Below the pieces are notes generated by a model. The model was not told the DNA's origin and ran no database searches. It saw only the letters and a program-made list of their open reading frames with translations. Position numbers and translations under genes: made by a program. A DNA stretch of 64,000 bases from Macrostomum lignano (Eukaryota), in the NCBI GenBank assembly GCA_002269645.1, contig NIVC01000744.1:213251-277250 (forward strand), given 5' to 3'. The stretch's first letter is position 1. Every line of letters begins with the position of its first letter. This document shows positions 21,501-35,220 of this stretch, piece after piece.

Positions 21501-24500
21501 CGAAACCCGTATTCTAGAAACTCGGCATTTTTAATAAAAAGCGTGTTCCTTAAATTCTAACCCTAAATCTAGTTCTTTTGAGAAACCAGTTCTATTTTTT
21601 TCTAGAAACCGTCTTATTCTTAGAAGATAATTTTTTCGAAGAAATCTGTTTTTATTTTAAGAAACCATTCCTGTTTCAAACAAATCCGTCTTCTTTCGTC
21701 TTCTTTCTAAGAAAACTGCCTTCTTTCTAAGAAACTCGTCTTCTTTCTAAGAAACCGTCTTCTTTCTTAGAACACCGTCCTGTTTCTAATAAAACGGTCT
21801 TCTTTCTAAGAAAACTGTCTTCTTTCGAAGATACCCGTCTTTTTTCCGAGAAACTTGTCGTCTTTCTAAGAAACCGTCTTCTTAGAAATCTGTCCTGTTT
21901 CTAATAAAACCGTCTTCTTACCCTTGAGTTTTACCAGAAAACAGTCTTATCATTCTGTTTCACAAAAGCGGCACGGGCAGCCGCCAGCATGTCGGCTTCA
22001 ATTTCTGCTTTTGCACGAATTTCTCGCATCGAATGCAAATTCGGTTTATTGAGTCAGCCAACTATGACGAGCTTCTAACATCCCACCCGTGTGCACCCGG
22101 CCAGATTCTGAAGTCCATGATGACGGATCTGGACTTCGACGCTGACGGCACGGTCAGCCTGGACGAGTGGAAGCGAGGCGGCCTGACGACCATCCCGCTG
22201 CTGGTGCTGCTCGGCCTCGACACCACCGTGAAGGACGACGGCAGCCACGTGTGGCGGCTGAAGCACTTCGCCAAGGGCCGGCACTGCAACATCTGCATGA
22301 AGCAGCTGGTCGGCCTGGGCAAGCAGGGCCTGGGCTGCGTGTTTTGCAAGTACACCGTGCACGCCAAGTGCGTGAGCCGCGCCCCCGCCTCGTGCATCTT
22401 CACCTACACCAAGTCCAAGCGGCCGGCGCCAGGGGCGCAGCAGAGCATGCAGCACCACTGGACTGAGGGCAACTGCGTGGAAAAGTGCGCCAAGTGCCGC
22501 AAGTCCATCAAGTCCGGCATCACAGGTGAGAGATTGATTAGCAACCCGGTCTGCTCAACTGCTCTACCCACAGCTAGATCTTTGCACCCCACTCTACCCA
22601 CCCCAGCTAGATCTTTGCACCCCACTCTACCCACCCCAGCTAGATCTTTGCACCCCACTCTACCCACCCCAGCTAGATCTTTGCACCCCATTCTACCCAC
22701 CCAGCTAGATCTTTGCACCCCACTCTACCCACCTAAGCTAGATCTGCATCCACCTCAGCTAGATCTGCACCCACCTCAGCTAGATCTTCATCCACCTCAG
22801 CTAGATCTGCACCCACCTCAGCTAGATCTTCATCCACCTCAGCTAGATCTGCACCCACCTCAGCTAGATCTTCATCCACCTCAGCTAGATCTGCACCCAC
22901 CACAGCTAGATCTGCACCTACCTCAGCTAGATCTGCACCCACCACAGCTAGATCTGCACCCACCACAGCTAGATCTGCACCCACCACAGCTAGATCTGCA
23001 CCCACCACAGCTAGATCTGCACCCACCACAGCTAGATCTGCACCCACCACAGCTAGATCTGCACCCACCACAGCTAGATCTGCACCCACCTCAGCTAGAT
23101 CTGCACCCACCACAGCTAGATCTGCACCCACCTCAGCTAGATCTGCACCTACCTCAGCTAGATCTGCACCCACCACAGCTAGATCTGCACCCACCACAGC
23201 TAGATCTGCACCCACCTCAGCTAGATCTGCACCCACCACAGCTAGATCTGCACCTACCTCAGCTAGATCTGCACCCACCTCACCGCAGGCATGCAGTGCC
23301 GCTGGTGCAAGGTCAGCCTGCACAACAAGTGCGCGGAGCAGTGGACCAGCGAGTGCGACCTCGGCGCCCTCCGCGAGCACGTGCTGCCCCCACGGCGATC
23401 TTCCCCGCCGTACTGGACCGCGGCAGGCCGGCGGCGGCAGCCAACGAGAGCCTCCCCAACAGCCAGTCCGCCGGGTCGCAGCTGGACCAGCTGGCCTGCT
23501 CGCCTCATCAGCAGTCCTCCAGCTTCCAGATTGTGCCGCCCTCCGGCTGCGTGCCGCTGCTGGTGTTCATCAACCCGAAGTCTGGCGGCAAGCAGGGAGT
23601 CCGCATTCTGCACAAGATGCAGTACCTGCTGAACCCGCGCCAGGTGTACGACCTGGTGAAGGACGGCGGGCCGTACATCGGGCTGAACTTTTTCAGGGAG
23701 CTGCCGCAGTTCCGCATCCTGGTGTGCGGCGGCGACGGCACGGCGGGCTGGCTGCTGGAGGCCATGGACAAGTTCGACTGGGGCGACAACCGGCCGCCGG
23801 TGGCCGTGCTGCCCCTGGGCACCGGGAATGACCTGGCCCGGTGCCTGCGCTGGGGCGGCGGCTACGAGAACGAGAGCCTGGAGAAAATTCTGCACCGCAT
23901 CAGCCAGGGCAGCGTGATGCTGCTGGACCGCTGGAAGATCAACTTCTCCGAGCCCGCGCCGGAGAACAACGGCGACGCGGCCGAGGCTGGCGACGCTGGC
24001 AGCGGCGCCGGGGCGGCCGCGGAGGACCCGGCGGGGGCGGCGGCTGTCGAGCCAGCCCGGGACGAGATCCCCGCCACAATCATCAACAACTACTTCAGCA
24101 TCGGGGTGGACGCGGCCATCGCGCACCGGTGGCACCTGTTGAGGGAGAAGCACCCGGAAAAATTCAAGTCGCGATTTCGGAACAAGGCCTACTATGTGGA
24201 GATGGGCGCGACCGAGGTGCGGAGGCTTGCTGGGATTCGGGGACTGGGACTCAGGGACTCCGGGTCTCGGGGACTAGGGACTCTGGGATTCGGAAACTGG
24301 GACTCTGGGATTCGGGGACTGGTACTCTCGGACTCGGGGACTGGGACTCTGGGATTCGGGGACTGGTACTCTCGGACTCGGGGACTGGGACTCGGGGACT
24401 GGGACTCTGGGATTCGGGGACTGGTACTCTAGGACTCGGGGACTCGTACTCTGGGATTCGGGGACTGGGACTCTAGGATTCGGGGACTGGGACTCTGGGA

Positions 24501-27500
24501 TTCGGGGACTGGTACTCTAGGACTCGGGGACTGGTACTCTAGGACTCGTGGACTGGGACTCTGGGATTCGGGGACTGGTACTCTAGGACTCGGGGACTGG
24601 TACTCTAGGACTCGTGGACTGGGACTCTGGGATTCGGGGACTGGTACTCTAGGACTCGGGGACTAGTACTCTGGGATTCGGGGACTGGGACTCTAGGATT
24701 CGGGGACTGGGACTCTGGGATTCGGGGACTGGTACTCTAGGACTCGGGGACTGGTACTCTCGGATTCGGGGACTGGTACTCTCGGATTCGGGGACTGGTA
24801 CTCTCGGATTCGGGGACTGGTACTCTCGGATTCGGGGACTGGTACTCTCGGATTCGGGGACTGGGACTCTGGTATTCGGGGACTTGGATTCGGGGACTTG
24901 GATTCGGGGACTGTACTCTAGGACTCGGGGACTGGGACTCTGGGACTCGGGGATTTCTAGTCGGATTAGCCTGGCTTTAGGAATTAAGGGCTATGAATAG
25001 GAATTGCGGGTGGGGGCTGCGGCTATGAAGAGAGCAAGTGCTGCCTGCGCAGCAATGAAAGAATGAATCCTTCCAGGTCTGGGAGACCCCCGCTGTGATC
25101 TGCCTGTGCGCTTCAATCAGCTTTTATTACTGAGGCCTAATTCCGACCCCAATTATCGGAGTGGGCAGAGGCTGGGGCTTCAGAAATAGCAGCACCGCAT
25201 CTACCACAGGCTGTCTTGCTGCTGTGTGATCTATTTTTATCCAATGCAGCAGCCCAGGTGGGGTCCGGTGTCTCCGGCTTCTTGCCCTGTCGCAGTTAGA
25301 GTTATTCGATTTCTTCTTCTGCTGCTGCTTCTGCGAACTTTTGGCTGACATTTTCGGCTCGTGCGTTTTTTTGCCGGTCCAGACGGGGACACGGGTTCTG
25401 GATTAAAGAAGTTTGTGAATATTTTTCCTTGTAAATTTTGTAGTTTTTTAATATTACGGGTTGTGAAAATTCTAGTTTGTGAATATTCTAGTTTGTGAAT
25501 ATTCCAGTTTGTGAATATTCTGGTTTGTGAATATTCTGGTTTGTGAATGTTCTGGTTTGTGAATGTTCTGGTTTGTGAATGTTCTAGTTTGTGAGTATTC
25601 TAGTTTGTGAATATTCTAGTTTGTGAATATTCTAGTTTGTAAATATTCTGGTTTGTGAATGTTCTGGTTTGTGATTATTCTAGTTTGTGAGTATTCTAGT
25701 TTGTGAATATTCCAGTTTGTGAATATTCTGGTTTGTGAATATTCTGGTTTGTGAATATTCTAGTTTGTGAATGTTCTGGTTTGAGAATATTCTGGTTTGT
25801 GAATATTCTGGTTTGTGAATGTTCTAGTTTGTGAATATTCCAGTTTGTGAATATTCTAATTTGTGAATATACTAGTTTGTGAATATTCTAGTTTGTGAAT
25901 ATTCTATTCTGTGAATATTCTAGTTTGTGAATGTTCTAGTTTGTGAGTATTCTAGTTTTTGAGGCAACCCAAGTTCAGGAATCCAATCCAGGTTTATTGA
26001 AGAGTCCCCGACCGGTGCTGGAAACCCCAGAGACAGAGGAAAGCCAGTCAGGAAGGTAGGGGATATTTAGGGGATATTTATCCCCGCAAAGTTCTTGCCC
26101 GATCCTGTCCGGAATTCGGGCTGCAATGCTTTATTTAATCTAAAAGTTATGAGCTGACAAGGACTGCCGGGCTGGGGGGGGGGGGCTCGCTGGCGAAACC
26201 AGCCAATTTAGAAAGTTTTTAATCCCTCGGCCGCCTCGGCACGAAATCCCGTCCTGAAACTGGGACTGCCGGTTGCTTAGGGATCGAAATTTAGCCTTGT
26301 TGGCCCCGGCTTTGCCGCCAGTTCGGTGCGAAGCCCAGATCCCCATGGTTGTTTTGAATCCCGTGAATCTTAGATCCCCATGGTTGGTGTGAATCCCGTG
26401 AATCCCAGATCCCCATGGTTGGTGTGAATCCCGCGAATCCCAGATCCCCATGGTGTCTTGAATCCCGTGAATCCCAGATCCCCATGGTTGGTGTAAATCC
26501 CGTGAATCCCAGATCCCCATGGTTGGTGTGAATCCCGTGAATCCCAGATCCCCATGGTTGGTGTGAATCCCGTGAATCCCAGATCCCCATGGTTGGTGTG
26601 AATCCCGTGAATCCCAGATTCCCATGGTTGGTGTGAATCCCGTGAATCCCAGATCCCCATGGTTGGTGTGAATCCCGTGAATCCCAGATCCCCATTGTGG
26701 GTGTGAATCCCGTGAATCCCAGATCCCCATGGTTGGTGTGAATCCCGTGAATCCCAAATCCCCATGGTTGGTGTGAATCCCGTGAATCCCAGATCCCCAT
26801 GGTTGGTGTAAATCCCGTGAATCCCAGATCCCCATGGTTGGTGTGAATCCCGTGAATCCCAGATCCCCATGGTTGGTGTGAATCCCGTGAATCCCAGATC
26901 CCCATTGTGGGTGTGAATCCCGTGAATCCCAGATCCCCATGGTTGGTGTGAATCCCGTGAATCCCAGATCCCCATGGTTGGTGTGAATCCCGTGAATCCC
27001 AGATCCCCATGGTTGGTGTGAATCCTGTGAATCCCAGATCCCCATGGTTGGTGTGAATCCTGTGAATCCCAGATCCCCATGGTTGGTGTGAATCCCGTGA
27101 ATCCCAGATCCCCATGGTTGGTGTGAATCCCGTGAATCCCAGATCCCCATGGTTGGTGCGAACCCCAGATCCCCATGGATTGCGTGAATCCCAGATCCCC
27201 ATGGATTGCGTGAATCCCAGATCCCCATGGTTGGTGTGAATCCCAGATCCCCATGCTTTGCTTGAATCCCAGATCCTCATGGTTGGTGTGAATCCCAGAT
27301 CCCCATGCTTTGCGTGAATCCCAGATCCCTATAAGTCATTCACATACTCGTAGATCCCAAATCCCGATGACTCACATAAATCCAAGATCCCCGTGATTCA
27401 CAAAAATTCCCACCCACATCCCCGCAGATGCTGGGCGGGTCCTGCAAGAACCTACACGAGAGCCTGGACATCATCTGTGACGGCTACGCCCTGGACCTGG

Positions 27501-28015
27501 GCTCAGGCACGCCGCTGGAGGGCATGGCGCTGCTCAACATCAACTCCGTGTACGGCGGCCGCACCCTGTGGGAGAACAACCGAAAGCGAAGCTCGGCGGC
27601 CGCGGCGGCAGCTGCCGCGGCTGCAGCGGCGTCGGGGCAGCAGGGCGGCAAGCGGAAGCCGAGCGGCGGAGCCAGCGGGAGCAGAGACCGCGAGCTGTCC
27701 AGTGCTTCCCTTAGCAACAACGAGCTGGCGTTCGCAGTGCAGGACATGGGCGACCAGCTCATTGAAGTTGTCGGCCTGGAGAACGCCGTCCACGCCGGCA
27801 TGGTGGCCGGGGGGCTGCGCAGCTCCGGCAAGCGGCTGGCGCAGTGCAGCGAGGTGGTCATCCGCACCAGGAGGCGCTTCCCCATGCAGATCGACGGCGA
27901 GCCCTGGTCTCAGGCGCCCTGCACCATCAGCATCACCCACATGAACCAGGTGCCCATGATCATGGCGCCTCTGCCTGCCAAGAAGGGCGGCCTGCTGGGC
28001 CTCTTCTCCAAGTGA
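18584..28015 (+). CDS. DGKB: Type I diacylglycerol kinase (DGK-beta-like: EF-hand pair, two C1 domains, catalytic and accessory domains), 4 exons, about 773 aa if the frameshift is corrected
   Basis: Exons: 18584-18967, 22105-22525, 23289-24216, 27428-28015, all GT-AG. Motifs: [21 protein letters not shown] (EF1), [15 protein letters not shown] (EF2), [10 protein letters not shown] (C1a), [10 protein letters not shown] / [12 protein letters not shown] (C1b), [53 protein letters not shown]. As given, exon 3 has a 1-nt frameshift at the C5 run 23387-23391. The first exon may not be the true 5' end. Confidence 0.92.
19010..20930. repeat. 29-bp minisatellite (CCTCCCAGATCCTCAGTTGCTGTTCCAGC) in DGK intron 1
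   Basis: About 65 units. The unit is stop-free in all three plus frames, which explains the long repeat ORFs. A longer composite variant appears from 20220. Confidence 0.95.
21380..21930. repeat. Degenerate ~21-bp repeat (TTCTTTCTAAGAAACCGTC) in DGK intron 1
   Basis: Recurrent TTCTAAGAAAC..GTC core. Confidence 0.75.
22565..23281. repeat. 33-bp array followed by a 21-bp array (CAGCTAGATCTGCACCCACCA) in DGK intron 2
   Basis: Both share the GCTAGATCT core; about 5 units of 33 bp then about 26 units of 21 bp. Confidence 0.95.
24230..24955. repeat. ~21-22 bp minisatellite (GGGACTGGTACTCTAGGACTCG / GGGACTGGGACTCTGGGATTCG) in DGK intron 3
   Basis: Tandem array starting next to the donor site. Confidence 0.9.
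25450..25960. repeat. 18-bp minisatellite (GTTTGTGAATATTCTAGT variants) in DGK intron 3
   Basis: About 27 units. Confidence 0.9.
26330..27335. repeat. 35-bp minisatellite (ATCCCAGATCCCCATGGTTGGTGTGAATCCCGTGA) in DGK intron 3
   Basis: About 28 units. Confidence 0.95.
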
Positions 28016-28905
28016 CTCCCCCGACTCTACAGAGTGACCGACTAACTGCACTCCCGATTCTGCAGAGTGACCGATAAACTGTGCCCCCCGATTCTGCAGA
28101 GTGACCGACAAACTGCACCCCCCGATTCTGCAGAGTGACCGACAAACTGCACCCCCCGATTCTGCAGAGTGACCGACAAACTGCACTCCCGACTCTCCAG
28201 AGTGACCGACAAACTGCACTCCCGATTCTACAGAGTGACCGACAAACTGCACTCCCGATTCTACAGAGTGACCGACAAACTGCACTCCCGACTCTGCAGA
28301 GTGACCGACAAACTGCACTCCCGACTCTGCAGAGTGACCGACAAACTGCACTCCCGACTCTGCAGAGTGACCGACAAACTGCACTCCCGACTCTGCAGAG
28401 TGACCGACAAACTGCACTCCCGACTCTGCAGAGTGACCGACAAACTGCACTCCCGATTCTACAGAGTGACCGACAAACTGCACTCCCGATTCTACAGAGT
28501 GACCGACAAACTGCACTCCCGATTCTACAGAGTGACCGACAAACTGCACTCCCGATTCTGCAGAGTGACCGACAAACTGCACTCCCGATTCTACAGAGTG
28601 ACCGACAAACTGCACTCCCGATTCTACAGAGTGACCGACAAACTGCACTCCCGATTCTGCAGAGTGACCGACAAACTGCACTCCCGACTCTGCAGAGTGA
28701 CCGACAAACTGCACTCCCGACTCTGCAGAGTGACCGACAAACTGCACTCCCGACTCTGCAGAGTGACCGACAAACTGCACTCCCGATTCTACAGAGTGAC
28801 CGACAAACTGCACTCCCGACTCTGCAGAGTGACTGACAAACTGCACTCCCGACTCTGCAGAGTGACCGATAGACTGCGCCCCCCCCCCGATTCTGCAGAG
28901 TGAAC
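28016..28905. repeat. 33-bp minisatellite (CAGAGTGACCGACAAACTGCACTCCCGACTCTG) directly after the DGK stop
   Basis: About 27 units. Confidence 0.95.
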
Positions 28906-29314
28906 GACAAGCCCAAAACAGTTGGTTTTATTCTAGAAACAGAATTCGTGTTCCCCTTCCTCGCGCTGTGCAGCCGCGGTTCTCCCAGTAATTATTCGCA
29001 AGTCGCGACCGCTCCGCGTGTGCCGCGGTATTTCACCGAAATGTCTAATCAAAACCAGTTCTGTGTTGTAATCAGCCGCACCTCCCCCCCGCCGTACTCT
29101 GTTCGTCACATTTGCGCCGAAAACTTTGATTTCAGCTCGTGCACTGTTTTGCTGCTTTGCTGCAATAAGATGCCCCCTGACTGCCTGCCTTCCGCTTGGC
29201 CCCTGTGGTGTGTTGTTAATTGTAGCTCTTGCTCCTGCTGGCTCGATGGCTGCCACTCACTCTGCACCGTCTACTTCTCAGTCCACATTGTCTACTTCTT
29301 ACTCTGCTCTGCCT

Positions 29315-29910
29315 AACTCTCACTTTGCATTGTCTACTTCTCCCTCTTCATTGGCTACTTCTCCCTGTTTATTGGCTACTTCTCATTCTATTTTAGCTAC
29401 TTCCCACTCTATTTTGGCTACATCTCACTCTACTTTAGCTACTTCTCACTCTACTTTAGCTACTTCTCACTCTATTTTAGCTCCTTCTCACTCTATTTTA
29501 GCTACTTCTCACTCTATTTTAGCTACTTCTCACTCTATTTTAGCTCCTTCTCACTCTATTTTAGCTACTTCTCACTCTATTTTAGCTACTTCTCACTCTA
29601 TTGTAGCTACTTCTCACTCTATTTTAGCTACTTCTCACTCTACTTTAGCTCCTTCTCACTCTATTTTAGCTCCTTCTCACTCTATTTTAGCTACTTCTCA
29701 CTCTATTTTAGCTACTTCTCACTCTATTTTAGCTACTTCTCACTCTATTTTAGCTACTTCTCACTCTATTTTAGCTACTTCTCACTCTACTTTAGCTACT
29801 TCTCACTCTATTTTAGCTACTTCCCACTCTATTGTAGCTACTTCTCACTCTATTTTAGCTACTTCTCTCTCTTCATTGGCTACTTCTCCCTCTATCCTAT
29901 CTACCTATTC
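29315..29910. repeat. 21-bp minisatellite (TTAGCTACTTCTCACTCTATT)
   Basis: About 28 units with degenerate edges. Confidence 0.95.
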
Positions 29911-31042
29911 AAAGTAGATTATAACAGTATGCACAATACTGATTCTCACTATATCATGTCTACTTCTACAATTTCCCATCTGTCGCCTTTACCGGATTTT
30001 CATATCTCAGTGAGCAGCTGATAAGATCATCCCCACCCCGCCCGGCCGCTTCCGGTGGAACGGAGCCCCGCATCCGCCGGAGAGGCCAGCAGTTATCGGC
30101 GCCCGCTGCCCTGTCGCAGGTGTTTATTTATTATTTTCACAGCGCATTCCGAAGTTGAAACCGTTGAACAAAACTCAAATCTGAGTCTTCGCGTGCGTGC
30201 AGTAAAAATTGTTGTGACTTTTTTGTGTTTTTCTCACCGTCTGCTCCGACTGCCGACTGAGCTGCTTCGAGACCGAGGCGGACAAATTTTATAGCTGCAC
30301 CAGCGTTGGCCCCGGTGTACAGCCGCCCTGACTTTCCAATTGTAAGGCATGTACACTCTCTGTGGAAGGGGGGTTGGCCTCTCGGGTGGGAAGGACGAGC
30401 ACGAGTCCCCAAATGAATGCGCAGAGCTCCCGCCGCCATGGAAGTCAGACTATCTTAAACAGCAGAAAGTTTACCTTCAGGCCTATTGAGGGTTCGGGCA
30501 GTTGCTGCTGTTGACTGGCACCGAAGGCGGCTTGCAGCAGCACCAACTGGATTTCTCTGTATATTGCTGTGATTATTTTGAGTTCTGATTTCCTGCTTTC
30601 GAGTAATTCTCTGCTTGTCTCCGCGCGTGCAATATTTATTGTTTTAGTGCATAAATATACAAATACACAGTGTTTACCATATTAATTGTCTTGTGGAAGC
30701 TCGGCATGACTGACCGGCACTTGATACACCTGCTATTATCATAATAGTTACTGATATTATTACCATAATTATTGATTATTGTCCCTCGTGGGAATCGCAC
30801 TAAAAGTATTTTTGTTGCTGTTGTTGAGATCACTGAATCTACACGGCTAAAATTCACTGCAAGCTCTGGGGGGTACAGAAACTACACAGGGATTCCCGGT
30901 CTCGGATCCAGATGGCCCATCTTCCCAGGACCGAATATCCGAGGGCGGGGCTGCGAGCTGATTGAGGACTCAATGACTGTCTTTGAGTTCGGATCGGCCT
31001 CTCGCTTTGTAAAAACAGATGCGGCCGAGTTGCACCAAACTT

Positions 31043-31430
31043 TGCTGAGCTGCCCCCCCCCGTCTGTCTCAGTTGCTGAGCTGCCCCCGTTTGTCTCAGT
31101 TGCTGAGCTGCCCCCGTCAGTTGCTGAGCTGCCCCCGTCAGTTGCTGAGCTGCCCCCGTCAGTTGCTGAGCTGCCCCCCCCCCGTTTGTCTCAGTTGCTG
31201 AGCTGCCCCCGTCTGTCTCAGTTGCTGAGCTGCCCCCCCCCGTTTGTCTCAGTTGCTGAGCTGCCCCCGTTTGTCTCAGTTGCTGAGCTGCCCCCCGTCA
31301 GTTGCTGAGCTGCCCCCGTCAGTTGCTGAGCTGCCCCCGTCAGTTGCTGAGCTGCCCCCGTCAGTTGCTGAGCTGCCCCCGTCAGTTGCTGAGCTGCCCC
31401 CGTCAGTTGCTGAGCTGCCCCCCGTCAGTT
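31043..31430. repeat. ~21-bp minisatellite (TCAGTTGCTGAGCTGCCCCCG)
   Basis: Tandem array with a variable C-run. Confidence 0.9.
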
Positions 31431-32154
31431 GGTGTGCGGCTTGATCTCCAACTTGGGTCTCCTGTCTGCTTCTCACTCCACTTTTCTCTTTTCTGATCAT
31501 CTCACTGTCTGCTTTTCAATCGACTTCCATCTCATCCTCTCAGTCTTCTAATTCCTGTCTCAATTCTTCCCAGCAATTTCTCTCAATTCTCCCTTGGACT
31601 CGACCGCCATCGATTCGCCCTCCCCCCAGATCCTCGCTTATTACCCAGCCCACCTTCTCCACTTTCTCCTGATGCCCCGGTGCCTGGGCCGCCTCCCCAC
31701 CTTGATTTCAGCGCTTCCCCTGCTCCGGTCCCGCCGGTCCATCTCTTCATCCGGACTCGGGGGGGGGGGCTCCCAGCCTCTCCTCTGGCTACTCGCATTC
31801 TCCGTCCTCTACTTGTTCTGATCCTCGAAATTTGCCATCATGCAGCTCTCGCTGGGGATGCGGGCCGCCCGTCTCAGGTCCTCCTTCCCTCACTGTCCCC
31901 GTCCGCTCCCGCCCTTCCCTCAGCTGAGCTGGGGTGAAATTCTCAAAATCTGCCGCCCCATTCTCGCTGGACAGACGGAGAACTTCTTGGGCTCGGTCCC
32001 CAGTCCGTGCGCGAGCTGCCCGAGCGGGGGTTCGAGTTAATATCCCATCCTAATTGACTCGACTGCTGTCTCGGGATCCGCTTAGCTAGGCAACTCATCT
32101 TTTTATAGCACTGAGCTCTGCTGGGCAAGAGTGACGGCGAGTACTTTACTGACC

Positions 32155-32895
32155 TGCTCAGGTAGGGATCCCATCTGATCAGGTGGGGATCTTATCTGAT
32201 CAGGAGGAATATCATCTGATCAGGTGGGGATCTTATCTGATCAGGAGGAATATCATCTGATCAGGTGGGGATCTTATCTGATCAGGTGGGGATCTTATCT
32301 GATCAGGAGGAATATCATCTGATCAGGTGGGGATCTTATCTGATCAGGAGGAATATCATCTGATCACGAGGGATCTCATATGCTCCCGTAGGGATCTCAT
32401 CTGATCAGGGAGGGATCGCATCTGATCAGGGAGGGATCTTATCTGATCAGGGAGGGATCTTATCTGATCAGGGAGGGATCTCATCTGATCAGGGAGGGAT
32501 CCCATCTGTTCAGGTAGCGATCTCATCTGTTCAGGTAGCGATCTCATCTGTTCAGGTAGCGATCTCATCTGTTCAGGTAGCGATCTCATCTGTTCAGGTA
32601 GCGATCTCATCTGTTCAGGTAGAGATCTCATCTGCTCAGGGAGAGATCTCATCTGCTCAGGGAGAGATCTCATCTGCTCAGGGAGAGATCCCATCTACTC
32701 AGGTAGAGATCTCATCTGCTCAGGGAGAGATCTCATCTGCTCAGGGAGAGATCTCATCTGCTCAGGGAGAGATCCCATCTACTCAGGGAGAGATCTCATC
32801 TGCTCAGGGAGAGATCCCATCTACTCAGGTAGAGATCTCAACTGCTCAGGTAGAGATCTCATCTGCTCAAGGAGAGATCTCATCTGTTCAGGTAC
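32155..32895. repeat. 21-bp minisatellite (TCAGGGAGAGATCTCATCTGC family)
   Basis: About 35 units whose sequence drifts along the array. Confidence 0.9.
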
Positions 32896-33507
32896 CGATT
32901 CAAGGTTTAAACCTTAGTAAAACTGATCGCTGATCATTTTGAGTACTTATTGTCATCATTGATTTCCAGCCCGCCGCCTGTTGAGTCTAATGTCTTTCCT
33001 AGAATCAATTTAATTCACTCAGCTGAGCACAGGGGCTGTACATCTTCGCCATTCCCTGTCCCAAGAATTCCGTGTTTCATTCGGCTCCGCCAATTTTTAT
33101 TTCTCATTTTCAATTAATTTCCGGCACTTTCAATCAAGCCCGCCTCCCCCCTCCCCAGCTGCCGTATCCCTCATCAACCAGCTTCATCAAGCGACAGGCT
33201 CTGACTCCCAGCTGGGGATTCTGAGAGCCCGCGGCCCACCATCGCAGCGGCAATTAATTTAATCAGAGCAAATATTGGACACTTTTTTCTATTTTTACCA
33301 CTTGCAGCCCCTCCCAATGCAGGGACTGGCGGGGTCCGGGCACCGCCCATGGGCTGCACCTGCGGCTAAAAATAGAACTGGGCCAAGGAAGCCTTGAAAT
33401 AGGATCTGGAGAGCGGACTCCTGCCTCAGTTCGCGCACAGGAGATGGGCGAGAAGTATCTGCAGCACTTCTGGCTTAGAGTTTCATTTCATTCCGGAAGG
33501 TAGACAA

Positions 33508-33962
33508 GCTGTCTCACTTTGTCTCACTCTGTCTCACTCTGTCTCACTCTGTCTCCCTTTGTCTCACTCTGTCTCACTCTGTCTCACTCTGTCTCACTCT
33601 GTCTCACTCTGTCTCACTCTGTCTCACTCTGTCTCACTCTGTCTCACTCTGTCTCACTCTGTCTCACTCTGTCTCACTCTGTCTCACTCTGTCTCACTCT
33701 GTCTCACTCTGTCTCACTCTGTCTCACTCTGTCTCACTCTGTCTCACTCTGTCTCACTCTGTCTCACTCTGTCTCACTCTGCCTCACTCTGCCTCACTCT
33801 GTCTCACTCTGTCTCACTCTGTCTCACTCTGTCTCACTCTGTCTCACTCTGTCTCACTCTGTCTCACTCTGTCTCACTCTGTCTCACTCTGTCTCACTCT
33901 GTCTCACTCTGTCTCACTCTGTCTCACTCTGTCTCACTCTGTCTCACTCTGTCTCACTCTGT
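33508..33962. repeat. 10-bp satellite (GTCTCACTCT)n
   Basis: About 45 nearly perfect units. Confidence 0.97.
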
Positions 33963-34437
33963 GCAAACCGAACAGATTAAATTGGTCTCTGCGTCTCATA
34001 AAGTTTCGGGAAAGAGTTTGGCACTCCAAATTCTGGTTCATGGCCTCCTTGGCCCATCTAAGAATGGGGATTTTCTCCCCCCTTTTATCCTTCAGCAAGC
34101 CACCGGCCGACGCCCTCGGTCTGTTTTGGGCCGCCGCCGAAGTCCCCGCCAGCCACGCCCCGGCGGCCAGAGTGACGCTTTCGAGTCCGCTTTGAGCTGG
34201 CCGGGAGAACAAAGGGAGGGTGCAGGTGGATGACGCGGATCGGGGGTGGCGGCTGGAAGGCGTTGGCTTAAAAGTACAATTTGGGGCATCGGCTGCACGG
34301 ATTTCGTCAATTCTGTTGGGTTTGGGAATAATTTTTATTCTCATTATTGTGAATGGAAATTTATTCAATGTGTGTTGTTGAATTCTCCCCTTCATCCTGC
34401 CCAGCTATCAATCTGCCTTCCTCCCTGAGTGACTCGC

Positions 34438-35220
34438 TCCCAATCTCACTCTCCATCTTACTCCCTATCTCACTCCCTATCTCACTCTCTATCTCACTCC
34501 CGATCTCACTCCAGATTTCACTCCAGATCTCACTCCCGATCTCACTCCCGATCTCACTCCCGATCTCACTCCCGATCTCACTCCCGATCTCACTCCCGAT
34601 CTCACTCCCGATCTCACTCCCGATCTCACTCCCGATCTCACTCCCGATTTCACTCCCGATTTCACTCCCGATTTCACTCCCGATCTCACTCCCGATTTCA
34701 CTCCAGATCTCACTCCCGATTTCACTCCCGATTTCACTCCCGATTTCACTCCCGATTTCACTCCCGATTTCACTCCCGATCTCACTCCCGATTTCACTCC
34801 AGATCTCACTCCCGATTTCACTCCCGATCTCACTCCCGATCTCACTCCCGATTTCACTCCAGATCTCACTCCCGATTTCACTCCCGATTTCACTCCCGAT
34901 CTCACTCCCGATTTCACTCCCGATTTCACTCCCGATCTCACTCCCGATTTCACTCCCGATTTCACTCCCGATTTCACTCCCGATCTCACTCCCGATTTCA
35001 CTCCCGATTTCACTCCCTATCTCACTCTCTATCTCACTCCCGATCTCACTCCAGATCTCACTCCCGATCTCATTCCCGATCTCACTCCCGATCTCACTCC
35101 CGATTTCACTCCCGATTTCACTCCCGATCTCACTCCCGATCTCACTCCCGATTTCACTCCCGATTTCACTCCCGATCTCACTCCCGATCTCACTCCCGAT
35201 CTCACTCCCGATCTCACTCA
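34438..35220. repeat. 12-bp satellite (CCCGATYTCACT)n
   Basis: About 65 units. Confidence 0.97.
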
